Of a stretch of 64,000 bases of DNA, positions 33,562-42,492 are shown in pieces. Each line of letters opens with the position of its first letter. Position 1 is the first letter of the stretch. The stretch covers positions 30,995 through 94,994 of the forward strand of contig JAHFUQ010000003.1 in the NCBI GenBank assembly GCA_023265045.1, given 5' to 3'. Origin of the DNA: Acidimicrobiia bacterium (lineage in GTDB: Bacteria > Actinomycetota > Acidimicrobiia > Acidimicrobiales > AC-14). Under the pieces are notes generated by a model that saw only the letters and a program-made list of their open reading frames with translations, was not told the DNA's origin and ran no database searches. Made by a program: the position numbers and the translations under genes.

Positions 33562-34821
33562 ATGGCTGAGGAGCGACCGGTTCCCGTCAAGACGATCCTG
33601 GTCTCGATCGGCCTGGTCGTGGCCAGCTACGTCGCCCTGTACCTCGTCGTCAAGCTTGTCCACATCTGGACCCTGATGGTCGTCGCCCTCTTCTTCGCCA
33701 TCCTCTTCACCCCGCCCGTCGACTTCCTCAAACGCCATCTCCATGTGACCAAGGGCATCGCCACGACCCTCGTCCTGCTCCTCACCCTGGGCCTCGTCGC
33801 GGGGATGATGTACGCCTTCATCTCGCCCCTCGTCGACCAGACCCGTCACTTCGTCGACCGCTTCCCGGTGTACCTGGAGGACGCCCGCGCCGGGCGGGGC
33901 CCGGTCGGCCACCTCGTCCGCAAGTACGACTTGGACCAGAAGTTCGAGGACAACCGCACCAAGATCAACGACGCCATCAGCGGGGCGGGCAGCAGCGTCT
34001 TGAAGTACAGCCGCAAGGTCTTCGCCGGGGTCATCTCCGGCCTGACCGTGCTCGTGCTGTCGATCCTCATGATCCTCTACGGCCCCCAGATGCTGGCCAA
34101 CGGTCTCGGCGCCCTCTCGCCACCACGGCAGGAGCGGTGCAAAGCGGTGGCGCGCGACTGCGCGCGCGCCCTCACCGGCTACGCCATGGGCAACCTCCTC
34201 ATCAGCGTCATCGCGGGAGTGTGCACGTTCATCGCGCTGTGGATCTTCGGTGTGCCCTTCAAGGGCGTGCTCGCGCTGTTCGTCGGGTTCTGCGACCTCA
34301 TCCCCCTCATCGGCGCCACCCTCGGCGCCATCCCGACGATCCTGGTGGCCTTCCTGCACTCCACCACCGCGGGCGTGGGCATGATCATCGTGTACGTCGT
34401 GTACCAGCAGTTCGAGAACCACGTCCTGCAGGTGGCGATCATGTCCAAGACGGTCAACATCAACCAGTTGGTCGTCATCACCAGCGTGCTCATCGGCGTC
34501 GAGCTGGCCGGGTTCCTGGGCGCCCTGCTGGCCATACCGGTGGCCGGGGTGCTGCAGGTGATCGCCCGCGACGTCTGGGACAACCGCACCGGGCGTCTCA
34601 AGCACGAGCCCACCATCGGCGCCGACGAGATCCCCGTCTCGGAGCTGGACGACGACACCAGCGGCGCCGACACCAGCGGCGCCGACACCAGCGGCGCCGA
34701 CACCAGCGGCGCCGGCGATCCGCCCGGTGCCAGCGACCCTCCCGACGCCGCCGACGCCCACCCGCTCGCCGACGGCGCCGACACTGCCGGCGATCCCACG
34801 CCGGTGCCCTATGGCGACTGA
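33562..34821 (+). CDS. AI-2E (PerM/UPF0118) family transporter
   Basis: 8 TM helices. GFCDLIPLIGATLGAIP and YVVYQQFENHVLQ motifs. Acidic repeat tail. Confidence 0.85.
   Translation: MAEERPVPVKTILVSIGLVVASYVALYLVVKLVHIWTLMVVALFFAILFTPPVDFLKRHLHVTKGIATTLVLLLTLGLVAGMMYAFISPLVDQTRHFVDRFPVYLEDARAGRGPVGHLVRKYDLDQKFEDNRTKINDAISGAGSSVLKYSRKVFAGVISGLTVLVLSILMILYGPQMLANGLGALSPPRQERCKAVARDCARALTGYAMGNLLISVIAGVCTFIALWIFGVPFKGVLALFVGFCDLIPLIGATLGAIPTILVAFLHSTTAGVGMIIVYVVYQQFENHVLQVAIMSKTVNINQLVVITSVLIGVELAGFLGALLAIPVAGVLQVIARDVWDNRTGRLKHEPTIGADEIPVSELDDDTSGADTSGADTSGADTSGAGDPPGASDPPDAADAHPLADGADTAGDPTPVPYGD
34654..34713 (+). repeat. 4 x 15-bp coding tandem repeat (DTSGA)4
   Basis: gacaccagcggcgcc reiterated four times in the 3' end of the AI-2E gene. 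Confidence 0.9.
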
Positions 34822-36025
34822 ACGCGTCGCCGTCGTCGGCCACATCGTCGACTCGTTGATCCTGGCCAAGGTCCTCGACCTCATCCTCGACGCCGGCGCC
34901 GACTACCACATCGTCGACTTCGAGATCGGGCGCACCAGCGCCGACCCCAGCCGGGCGGTGATCGACGTCACCGCCGACGACGAGGACCTGCTGGCGCGCC
35001 TGCTCGTCGAGCTGCAGGCGCACGGGGCCAACCCGGTGGCCGAGGCCGACGCCCGCGCCGCGCCCGCCGACCGCGACGGCGTTCTCCCCGAGGGCTTCTA
35101 CTCGACGACGAACCTCCCGACCCAGGTCCGGCTCCACGGCCGGTGGGTCGACGTCGAGAACCCCGAGATGGACTGCGCCCTCGTCGCGCTTCCTGACGGC
35201 CGGGTCCGCACCGAGCCCATGCACCGGGTCCACGTCGCCGACCAGGTCGTCGTCGGAAGCGACGGCGTGCGGGTGCAGCCCCTGAGCCGGCCACGCGGCG
35301 CCACGCCCTTCGAGTTCATGGCGTCGGAGGTCTCCTCCGAGAAGCCCAAAGACCTGATCGTCGCCGAGGTGGCGGAACGCATCCGCCAGGCGCGCCGAAC
35401 GGGCGGCAAGGTCCTCGCCGTCTGCGGGCCGGCGGTGGTGCACACCGGCGCCGCGCCCCACGTCGCCCGGCTGGTACGGGGCGGATGGATCGACGTGCTG
35501 TTCGCGGGCAACGGGTTCGCGACCCACGACATCGAGTCGAACGTCCTCGGCACCTCGCTGGGCGTCACCCTTATTCACGGCAACCCCACCGAAGGCGGCC
35601 ACAGCAACCACCTCCGGGTCATCAACGAGGTCCGCCGGCGGGGCTCGATCGCCGCCGCCGTCGCTGACGGTTACATCCCCGGCGGGGTGATGTTCGAATG
35701 CGTGAGCCGGGGTGTGCCCTTCGTGCTCGGTGGCTCGGTGCGCGATGACGGTCCCCTGCCGGACGTGCACACCGACGTGGTAGCGGCCGCCGACGCTATG
35801 CGAGCCCAGCTCCCCGGCGTCGCGGTGGCCCTGATGCTGGCGTCCACCCTGCACGCCATCGCCACGGGCAACCTGCTGCCCGCCGGGGTCGAGACGTTTT
35901 GCGTGGACATCAACCAGGCCGTCGTCACCAAGCTGGCCGACCGGGGCAGTCACCAGGCCCTGGGCATCGTCACCGACGTCGGCCTCTTCCTCCACAACTT
36001 GGCCGACCACCTGGCCCCGGCATGA
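34811..36025 (+). CDS. LOR/SDH-domain protein (TIGR00300-like; archaeal-type ornithine cyclodeaminase family)
   Basis: ATG 34811 overlaps the upstream stop. IVDSLILAKVLD, FEFMASEVSSEKP, VCGPAVVHTGA, FAGNGFATHDIE; 404 aa. Confidence 0.65.
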   Translation: MATERVAVVGHIVDSLILAKVLDLILDAGADYHIVDFEIGRTSADPSRAVIDVTADDEDLLARLLVELQAHGANPVAEADARAAPADRDGVLPEGFYSTTNLPTQVRLHGRWVDVENPEMDCALVALPDGRVRTEPMHRVHVADQVVVGSDGVRVQPLSRPRGATPFEFMASEVSSEKPKDLIVAEVAERIRQARRTGGKVLAVCGPAVVHTGAAPHVARLVRGGWIDVLFAGNGFATHDIESNVLGTSLGVTLIHGNPTEGGHSNHLRVINEVRRRGSIAAAVADGYIPGGVMFECVSRGVPFVLGGSVRDDGPLPDVHTDVVAAADAMRAQLPGVAVALMLASTLHAIATGNLLPAGVETFCVDINQAVVTKLADRGSHQALGIVTDVGLFLHNLADHLAPA

Positions 36026-36090
36026 CCCTCCCGCTCGATTTCGCGCCTTTCCACGTCAGGGGGGCCATTCGCGCGGAGTGCTCGGGATAG

Positions 36091-36942
36091 GTGGGGGTCC
36101 TCCCGTGGGGGCGGCGTTTCCTCATGTGTCCCCCCGAGCACTTCGAGGTGCTCTACGAGATCAACCCCTGGATGCACGCCGAGGTGGCGGTCGACCCGGA
36201 GCGGGCGCGGGCCCAGTGGGAGGCGCTCGCCCAAACCCTGCGTGACGCCGGCGCCGAGGTGGAGACGCTGGCCCCGCAACCCGGCCTCCCCGACATCGTC
36301 TTCACCGCCAACGCAGGAGTCGTCAACGGGCCTCCACATTGGGCGCCGGCGGCGGCGCCGCGCTTCGTGCCGAGCCGCTTCCGCCACCCCCAGCGCCAAG
36401 CGGAGACGCCGCACTACGTGGCCTGGTTCGAGGCCCACGGGTACGAGGTCTTGGCCCTCCCCGAGAACCTTTCCCACGAGGGCGCCGGCGACGCCCTGCC
36501 CTTCGGCGGCGCGTACCTCTCGGGCTACCGCTTTCGCTCCGACGCCGCCGCCCACGTCGAGCTGTCACGGCTCCTCGGCGCGCCGGTCCACCCCGTCGAG
36601 CTGACCGACCCGCGCTTCTACCACTTCGACCTGACGTTCTGCCCGCTCGACCAGCGGCGCGCGCTGGCGGCACCCCAGGCGTGGGACACCTACGGGCGCA
36701 AGGTCGTGGCCGCCGCCGTCCCCGAGCTGTTCGAGCTCGATGCGGACGAGACGGGCACGTTCTGCGCCAACTCGGTGGTCGTGGGGACGACCATCGTGAT
36801 GCCGTCGTGCCCGCCGCGGGTCGGCCGCCAGCTGGAGGCGTGGGGGTTCGACATCGCCGTCGTCGACGTGGGCGAGTTCCTCAAGGCAGGGGGCGCGTGC
36901 CGCTGCCTCACGCTCGCGCTCGACGTCGTCGTCCCTCGTTAG
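36091..36942 (+). CDS. Guanidino-group-modifying enzyme (amidinotransferase / arginine dihydrolase / DDAH fold)
   Basis: FLMCPPEHFEVLYEINPWM, FTANAG, HEGAGD, FYHFDLTFCP, and C-terminal catalytic Cys context GGACRCLTL. Confidence 0.7.
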   Translation: MGVLPWGRRFLMCPPEHFEVLYEINPWMHAEVAVDPERARAQWEALAQTLRDAGAEVETLAPQPGLPDIVFTANAGVVNGPPHWAPAAAPRFVPSRFRHPQRQAETPHYVAWFEAHGYEVLALPENLSHEGAGDALPFGGAYLSGYRFRSDAAAHVELSRLLGAPVHPVELTDPRFYHFDLTFCPLDQRRALAAPQAWDTYGRKVVAAAVPELFELDADETGTFCANSVVVGTTIVMPSCPPRVGRQLEAWGFDIAVVDVGEFLKAGGACRCLTLALDVVVPR

Positions 36943-36967
36943 CCCCGTTCCGGCGTAGGTTGCCGGC

Positions 36968-37579
36968 GTGTGCATCGGGATCCTCGGCACGGGCAAGGTC
37001 GGGACCGCGCTCGGCGGCGGCTGGCTGGCCGCTGGCCACGACGTCCTCTACGGCTCGCGCTCCCGCCGGCCTGCCCTCCACGACACCGAGCTCGGCGCCG
37101 CCGTGAGCGACATCGCGCACACGGCCCGCCGGGCCGCGATCGTCGTGCTCGCCACGCCGTTCGAGGCGGCGCTCGACACCATCGCCGCCGCCGGCGACCT
37201 CTCCGGCAAGCTCCTGATCGACGCCACCAATCCCATGGGCGCCACCCTGCCCCGCCCGCACCGCTCCGGCGCGGAAATGGTGGCGGCGGCCGCCGGGCCG
37301 GGGGCCATCGTCGTCAAGGCGTTCAACACGATGGGGTTCGAGACGATGTGGGATCCCGAGGTCGACGGGCGGGCCGCGCTCGGCCTCGTCGCTGGGGACC
37401 ACGCAGAGGCCAAGACGACCGTCCTGCAACTGGCGCGCGACCTTGGGTTCGACGCGGTCGACGCGGGCGGCCTCGACGCAGCTCGGATGCTCGAGAACCT
37501 GGCCGAGCTGTGGGTCCAGCTCGCCATCCGGCAGGGCCACGGCCGCGGGGTGGCCTTCGCCCTCCTCCGCCGCGACTGA
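36968..37579 (+). CDS. NADP-binding oxidoreductase (NADPH-dependent F420 reductase / P5C-reductase-like N-domain)
   Basis: GILGTGKVGTALGGGWLAAGHDVLYGSR Rossmann motif. VVKAFNT. Confidence 0.7.
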   Translation: MCIGILGTGKVGTALGGGWLAAGHDVLYGSRSRRPALHDTELGAAVSDIAHTARRAAIVVLATPFEAALDTIAAAGDLSGKLLIDATNPMGATLPRPHRSGAEMVAAAAGPGAIVVKAFNTMGFETMWDPEVDGRAALGLVAGDHAEAKTTVLQLARDLGFDAVDAGGLDAARMLENLAELWVQLAIRQGHGRGVAFALLRRD

Positions 37580-38199
37580 TGGAGAAGGCGCGCGTCGAGG
37601 CGTTCAGCGACGGCGTGCTCGCCATCGCCATCACGCTGCTGATCCTCGAAATCCGCGTCCCCGAGCCCGAGGCGTTGAACGGCGCCGGCCTCGCCCACTA
37701 CCTCGGCCAGCAGTGGTCCAGCTACGCCGCCTACCTGCTGAGCTTCGCCGTCATCGGGATCATGTGGGTCAACCATCACGCCATCTTCCAGGCCGTGGCG
37801 AGAGTCGACCGCACCCTCCTGTTGCTCAACCTCCACCTGCTGCTGTGGATCGCGTTCCTTCCCTTCCCGACGGCGCTGGTCGCCCGCTACTTCCGGCGCG
37901 GCTACGACGCGGGCGTGGCCATGGCCGTCTACAGCGGCGTCATGTTCGTGATCGGCCTGTCGTTCCAGCTGCTCTGGCGGTGGATCACCCGCGACGATCG
38001 GCTGCTGCACGGCCACATCGACCAGCCTCAGGCCCACGCCCGCGCCACTCGCTTCGGCCTCGGGCTGGGCGTCTACCTGGCCGCGGTGGGCCTGTCGTTC
38101 CTCAGCGCGTTCGCGACGCTGATCCTGCACTTCCTCATGGCCGGCTACTACGTCGTGGATCAGCTGGCGGTGGGGGGACAGGCGCCGGACCGCGCTTGA
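37579..38199 (+). CDS. TMEM175 (DUF1211) family potassium channel
   Basis: RVEAFSDGVLAIAITLLILE signature; 6 TM; 206 aa. Confidence 0.8.
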   Translation: MEKARVEAFSDGVLAIAITLLILEIRVPEPEALNGAGLAHYLGQQWSSYAAYLLSFAVIGIMWVNHHAIFQAVARVDRTLLLLNLHLLLWIAFLPFPTALVARYFRRGYDAGVAMAVYSGVMFVIGLSFQLLWRWITRDDRLLHGHIDQPQAHARATRFGLGLGVYLAAVGLSFLSAFATLILHFLMAGYYVVDQLAVGGQAPDRA

Positions 38200-39613
38200 T
38201 CAGCTCGCCCAGGTCGATGTGGCGTTCGTCGACCACGGCGTGGGTCGCCGCCGCGAGTGCGGCCCACGGGCCCGCGTCGGCGTCGATGAGCCCGCTCAGG
38301 CGATCGAGGAGCGGGTTCGGGGCGTCCGCGTGCACCTGGGCGAGGCGCACCCGGTAGTCCTCCTGGTTGTAGACGCGCAGCGACGCGACGTTGAGGTCCT
38401 CGTCGAGCAGGATGGCGGCGCCTCCCTGGAGGGGGGCCGACCGTTCGCTGTCGACCACCCAGCCGCCGGTGTTGTACACCGACACCGGGCCGCGGTACCC
38501 CTTCGGCGCCAGCTCGACCTCGAACGGCTTGTGGGTATGGCCGAAGACGAACGTCAAGTCCTTCGGCACGTCGGGCAGCTCGTACCACTTGTCGCCAATC
38601 TCCTCGAGAAGCTGCGAGCGCAGCGGGCCTTGGAGGTACAGGTGCAAGCCCTGGTCCGCCTTGGCGCTCAGCGGCTTGCTCGGATCGCTGCGCTCGAGGC
38701 GGCTCGCCAGCCGCACCAGGCGGCCCAGCCCGAAGTCCAGCACCTTGCCCCCCAGCCACCGCATCGGACTCGGCCACGTCAGCTTGCCGGCGATGCCCGT
38801 GGCCAGGTTGTGCGCCAACTGCTTCATCGCCGGCTCGCTCTGCAGGGAGGCGTACACCAGGCCGACATCAGCGCCCACCTCACCGGAGCGGCCCAGCGTC
38901 GACCAGAAGAAGTCGATCCAGGCGAAGTTCTCCGCCTCCCACTCCCAGATCTTGTCGGCCGGCGGGCGGCCGGGGAAGACCATGTCCTTGAGCGTGGTCA
39001 TCAGCCGGTACATGCCCTCCACGAAGTGCCCGTGGTGGACGACGACGCTGCGCTCGCCCGCGGTCAGCCGCAGGTTGGGGTAGACGGCCACGACGGTCGC
39101 TTCGCGCAGGTGCTGGTAGCGACGCATGAGCGTGGTGAGCAGCTCGGCCTCGACCGCCTCCTCCTTCGGGGGGACCATTCGTGTCGTGTGCCAGGGGATG
39201 GACAGCTCCTCTTCCGGCCCCGGCGCCTGCTTGCTCACGTACTTGGCGTACTGCCGCTCCCGCGCCGTCTCCCAGAGGTGGTGGTCGTGGTTGCCGGGGA
39301 CGAAGTAGACCGTCTTGTCGAACAGCGGCCCATTGGGCGGGAACGCCTTCTCGAGGAACCGGTCGAACACCATCGCCGCGATGTTGTCGGTCGCCAGCGC
39401 CAGCTCGAGGATGTCGCCGCACAGGATGAGCTGGGGCTGGTCCGGACCCTCGTTCTTCGTGACGAGCTCGGCCAGGCATTCCACCAGGCTTTCCATGACT
39501 GCGCTCGGCTTGTGCGGATCGGCCTCGATCCCCCCCGGCTTCAGGCTGGTGAGGACGCTGTTCTCAGCCCCGAAGTGAAGGTCGGACAGGATGACGTAGC
39601 GGATGTCCGGCAT
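38135..39613 (-). CDS. Calcineurin-like metallophosphoesterase
   Basis: ILSDLHFG, CGDILE, VPGNHDH, VVHHGHF, FGHTHKP motifs. The 3' end overlaps the convergent TMEM175 gene by 65 nt. Confidence 0.8.
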   Translation of the reverse strand: MPDIRYVILSDLHFGAENSVLTSLKPGGIEADPHKPSAVMESLVECLAELVTKNEGPDQPQLILCGDILELALATDNIAAMVFDRFLEKAFPPNGPLFDKTVYFVPGNHDHHLWETARERQYAKYVSKQAPGPEEELSIPWHTTRMVPPKEEAVEAELLTTLMRRYQHLREATVVAVYPNLRLTAGERSVVVHHGHFVEGMYRLMTTLKDMVFPGRPPADKIWEWEAENFAWIDFFWSTLGRSGEVGADVGLVYASLQSEPAMKQLAHNLATGIAGKLTWPSPMRWLGGKVLDFGLGRLVRLASRLERSDPSKPLSAKADQGLHLYLQGPLRSQLLEEIGDKWYELPDVPKDLTFVFGHTHKPFEVELAPKGYRGPVSVYNTGGWVVDSERSAPLQGGAAILLDEDLNVASLRVYNQEDYRVRLAQVHADAPNPLLDRLSGLIDADAGPWAALAAATHAVVDERHIDLGELIKRGPAPVPPPPADPRRSSRP

Positions 39614-39646
39614 GGAGCTCGCCCCTCTCTGTGCCATCGTGGACAC

Positions 39647-39862
39647 ATGTGCCGCAGCATCATCACCCTACGGGGATCGGAACGGGCAAGCGAGGAGGAG
39701 ATGCGAGCCGCCGCCCTCCAGTTCGTGCGCAAGGTCAGCGGCTACCGCCAGCCCTCCAAGGCCAATACCGAGACCTTTCAACGAGCGGTCGACGAGATCA
39801 CCGACTCCGTGCAACGGTTGCTGGACAACCTCGCCCCCGTGCGGGGGCCGGCGGGGCCCTAA
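39647..39862 (+). CDS. DUF2277 family protein
   Basis: MCRSIITLRG..EEEMRAAALQFVRKVSGYRQPSKANTETFQRAVDEI; 71 aa. Confidence 0.8.
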   Translation: MCRSIITLRGSERASEEEMRAAALQFVRKVSGYRQPSKANTETFQRAVDEITDSVQRLLDNLAPVRGPAGP

Positions 39863-42492
39863 CTCGCCTGCTGCGACTGCGGCTCCGGGGGTTGCGGCGG
39901 CTTCTCCGGTGGCGGCGACCACGTCAGCAGCCGCTTCCCGTCGGGCGCGAACGTCACCCCCCGCCGGCGGGTCCCGAACGCCGGGATGGTGCACACCGGG
40001 TCTTGATTGCCGAGGGCCCAGACGGAGACGACACCGTCCTCGGTCGCGGCCGCGATTCGGTCGCCGTACGGGGAGACGGCCACGGCGGCGACGGCGCCGG
40101 GCGAGCGGAACGTCTCCCGCAACCCGCTGGGACCGCCAATCCAAACTCCGGTGTCCCGTGATCCGGACTCGAAGTCGGTCACCCCGACAAGCCGTCCGGA
40201 CCGGTCCCCGGGCAACGGGACAACCGCGACCTCGGCGTGAAGGCCGCCAAACTCGACCGCCTCGCCGCCACCCGTTTTGCGCATCGCGACCCGTCCGTCG
40301 TGCGACGCGTACGCCACCGATGCGCCATCCGGAGAGAAGCCGCCGAAAGCGACGGGTTGGCCGAGCAACGCCAGCTTGCCGGGGCCCTCGCTGACGGCGA
40401 GGGTGACCAGGGCGCCTTCGCCGTTCTCGTCGGTGGTCATCCCGACATCGGCGATGGGCGACAGGGCCAGGATCGGCGCCCGCTGGTAGAAGGTGTTCAG
40501 CATGCGGCCGGTGGCGAGGTCGTGGGTGAGCACCGCGCCGCCCGACACCGAAACGATGCGGGCGCAGTCAGGTGAGACGGCAACCGCCGACACGGCGCCG
40601 TCGTGGCCGTAGATCGTCAACAGCTCGTAGCCGGTGGAGACGTCCCAGACCTTCAGCGTCCGGTCGGCCGAGCCGGTGACGACGCGCGTGCCGTCGGGCG
40701 TCCACGCCGCCGCGGTGACTCGGCCGGTGTGGCCCTCGAACCCCACGAGCCGCCAGCCGGTGGCGATGTCCCACAGCTCGGCGGGCCACACCCGCGTCAT
40801 CGTCAGCCCGGGGTGCCCGAAGAACTGGAGCGTGAAGCCCGCCATCTCGCCGACCGGCGACGACCGCACTTGGCGGAGCACCTCGGCTGCTGCCACCCCA
40901 CCAGGGAGCGCTTTTTCGTAGAACTCCTCGCCGACGCCTGCCATGCGGTCGGCGGCGGCCACCCAGCGGGCGACGATTGCGCCAACCGCCCCGCTCGTGA
41001 GCCGGCTCTGAGCCGAGAAGACCTGGAAGGGCTCGTCGAGGTACGTGAATTGGGGCCGGACCGACGCGGTCGCGCCGCCCGCACCCGCGCCCAGGTGCAG
41101 CAGGTCGGTTTGGCGCATGGCCTTGGAGGGCTCGGGGTTGACCGGGAAGGCATCCCACCCCGAGACGATCGCCTCGGTCACCGGGCCCCCGGCGTACCGC
41201 ATGTCGTCGATCGCCAGGTCGAGGGGCAGCGGCAGGGGCTGGCCAGCCAACCAGTGGGCGACGGCCGCCTGGGCGCCCAGGAATGGCGGGCCGTCTGGGA
41301 ACAGCGGCTCGCGCAGCGGCACGAGCTCCCACGGGAGGGGCGGATAGTCGGCGACGACGAGGAGGCTCGGCGGCCGGCCCGTCCCGCCTGTGAAGGCGGC
41401 CCGTTGCAGGACGTCCCAGAACACGCCGTCCTCCATCGCCCGGCCCAGGGCCTCGCCCACCTTGAACTGCTCGTTCAGCGACGACGCCGAGCGGCTCATG
41501 GCGACGACTTCCTCAAGGTCGAGGGGCAGGCCGACCACGGGGCCTGACTCGAGGTACGGCGACGTGATCGAGAGCTCGAAGCCGCCGTCCGGCGGGCGGA
41601 CGAGGTCGAGGCGGATGTCGATCTGCGGCACGACCAGGCGGTGCGAGGCGCCGAGGCCGTCCTCGACCGCGACGTCGCCGGCCGCGTCGACGACCCGCAC
41701 GTCGCCGTAGCGCAGGGCCACGGTGCGGGGCATGCCGTTGTCGTCCGCACCCGACACGCGCAGCACCAACGCGTCGGAGGCCGGCACGGAGATGCGGTGG
41801 GCACGCGGCCGCGGCGGGTAGGTCAGTTCGACCGCCCCCTCGAACAGGCGAAGGCCAACAGCCGCCTCGGTGATGTCCTCGGGGAGGACGGCGGCGAGGC
41901 GAGCGGCCGTCCCCGGCGGCGGATCGCCGGCCAGGACGCGCCGCCCGCCGATCCGCGCCCCCGCTCCCATCGCCAGCAGCCATGCGGCCTGTGACGACCG
42001 GACATCCTCGGGCAGGCGGGGCACGGCGCGCGCCGCCCACCGGGCCACGTTCGCCCCCTGGTCCGGCGCACCGACCATGGCCTTCACCGCCGACAGCAGC
42101 TCGCGGTCCACTTCCTCCTCGCCGCCAGGCCGGGCCGACAGCCATGCGACCCGCTCCTCGAGCTGCACCGCGGGCGGCGAGCCCCTGTGCATCCGCTCGG
42201 TCAGCGCCCACGCGTCGGCGAGCACCTGCGGGCGGGCCGCAAGCCGCCCGCGCAAGACCTCCGCCACTTCCGCGCCGAGGACGAACCCCAACGGGCCGCG
42301 CGACTCGACCAGGGGGCTCCACCACAGGTCCGCCTCCGCGGAGACGTCGACGTCGGGCAGCAGCGCCAGGCGCGCCGCCCGCAGGAGCGCGGGCTCGATG
42401 TGGACCGCCAACGACACCACTTCGGCGAGCGCGGCGACGCCGGCGCGCTCTCGCGCCACCGCCCCAACCAGGGCGGCGGCCGGCGTCGTCAC
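39859..42492 (-). CDS. Large protein: helical N-region + CHAT-like domain lacking the His/Cys dyad + WD40 repeats
   Basis: GTG 42492 overlaps the upstream stop (GTGA). The 5' 219 codons of the 1096-aa ORF are Arg/Pro-rich, overlap the neighbouring gene, and were rejected. CHAT-like motifs: SLLVVADYPPLPWELVPL, DLLHLGAGAGG, QVFSAQSRLTSG, EEFYEKAL. WD40 motifs: GHTGRVTAAAWTPDGTRVVTGSADRTLKVWDV, GHDGAVSAVAVSPD, EDGVVSVWAL. Confidence 0.75.
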   Translation of the reverse strand: MTTPAAALVGAVARERAGVAALAEVVSLAVHIEPALLRAARLALLPDVDVSAEADLWWSPLVESRGPLGFVLGAEVAEVLRGRLAARPQVLADAWALTERMHRGSPPAVQLEERVAWLSARPGGEEEVDRELLSAVKAMVGAPDQGANVARWAARAVPRLPEDVRSSQAAWLLAMGAGARIGGRRVLAGDPPPGTAARLAAVLPEDITEAAVGLRLFEGAVELTYPPRPRAHRISVPASDALVLRVSGADDNGMPRTVALRYGDVRVVDAAGDVAVEDGLGASHRLVVPQIDIRLDLVRPPDGGFELSITSPYLESGPVVGLPLDLEEVVAMSRSASSLNEQFKVGEALGRAMEDGVFWDVLQRAAFTGGTGRPPSLLVVADYPPLPWELVPLREPLFPDGPPFLGAQAAVAHWLAGQPLPLPLDLAIDDMRYAGGPVTEAIVSGWDAFPVNPEPSKAMRQTDLLHLGAGAGGATASVRPQFTYLDEPFQVFSAQSRLTSGAVGAIVARWVAAADRMAGVGEEFYEKALPGGVAAAEVLRQVRSSPVGEMAGFTLQFFGHPGLTMTRVWPAELWDIATGWRLVGFEGHTGRVTAAAWTPDGTRVVTGSADRTLKVWDVSTGYELLTIYGHDGAVSAVAVSPDCARIVSVSGGAVLTHDLATGRMLNTFYQRAPILALSPIADVGMTTDENGEGALVTLAVSEGPGKLALLGQPVAFGGFSPDGASVAYASHDGRVAMRKTGGGEAVEFGGLHAEVAVVPLPGDRSGRLVGVTDFESGSRDTGVWIGGPSGLRETFRSPGAVAAVAVSPYGDRIAAATEDGVVSVWALGNQDPVCTIPAFGTRRRGVTFAPDGKRLLTWSPPPEKPPQPPEPQSQQAS

